Shown piece by piece: positions 19,153-19,203 of a stretch of 19,203 bases of DNA. The stretch covers positions 1 to 19,203 of the forward strand of contig NW_021824301.1 in the NCBI RefSeq assembly GCF_006345805.1, given 5' to 3'. The notes under the pieces were generated by a model. It was not told the origin of the DNA and searched no databases. It saw only the letters and a list, made by a program, of their open reading frames with translations. Both the position numbers and the translations under genes were made by a program. Numbering within the stretch: position 1 is the first letter of the stretch; the number at the start of each line of letters is the position of its first letter. This DNA comes from Octopus sinensis. Lineage: Eukaryota.

Positions 19153-19203
19153 GTGGCACTCCGTCAGTTACGACGACGATGGTTCCAGTTGATCCGCTCA
19201 ACG
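19153..19203 (-). mobile_element. 3' end of a tail-type-B SINE, cut by the window edge
   Basis: gcactccgtcagttacgacgacgatggttccagttgatc is the reverse complement of gatcaaccggaaccctcatcgtcgtaaccgacggagtgc (15365-15403) with a few mismatches. Confidence 0.7.

Overview
This is AT-rich, microsatellite-saturated eukaryotic genomic DNA. The SINE families and repeat density resemble an octopus or other coleoid cephalopod genome (inference from recalled repeats). There is one convincing coding segment, 17431-18660 (+), the first coding exon of a neuronal-type nitric oxide synthase (NOS1/nNOS-like). It encodes an N-terminal PDZ domain with GLGF, the nNOS beta-finger (THLETIF...GTPRTMRVT), a long low-complexity linker, and the start of the oxygenase domain (KLKCYQTEKVTTDMLHLKS), and it ends at a GT donor at 18661. 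The preceding ~17 kb looks like the 5' regulatory and intronic region of that gene. It contains a candidate promoter/first exon near 11.85-12.04 kb, a clean 47-nt non-coding micro-exon (14739-14785), and a strong acceptor fused to a donor (ttttcag|GTATGT, 17029/17030) that resembles a recursive splice site. Mobile elements include several tRNA-derived SINE copies, two non-autonomous Helitron-like elements in opposite orientation and a pogo/Tc2-like MITE. Essentially all other ORFs in the supplied track are translations of simple repeats.
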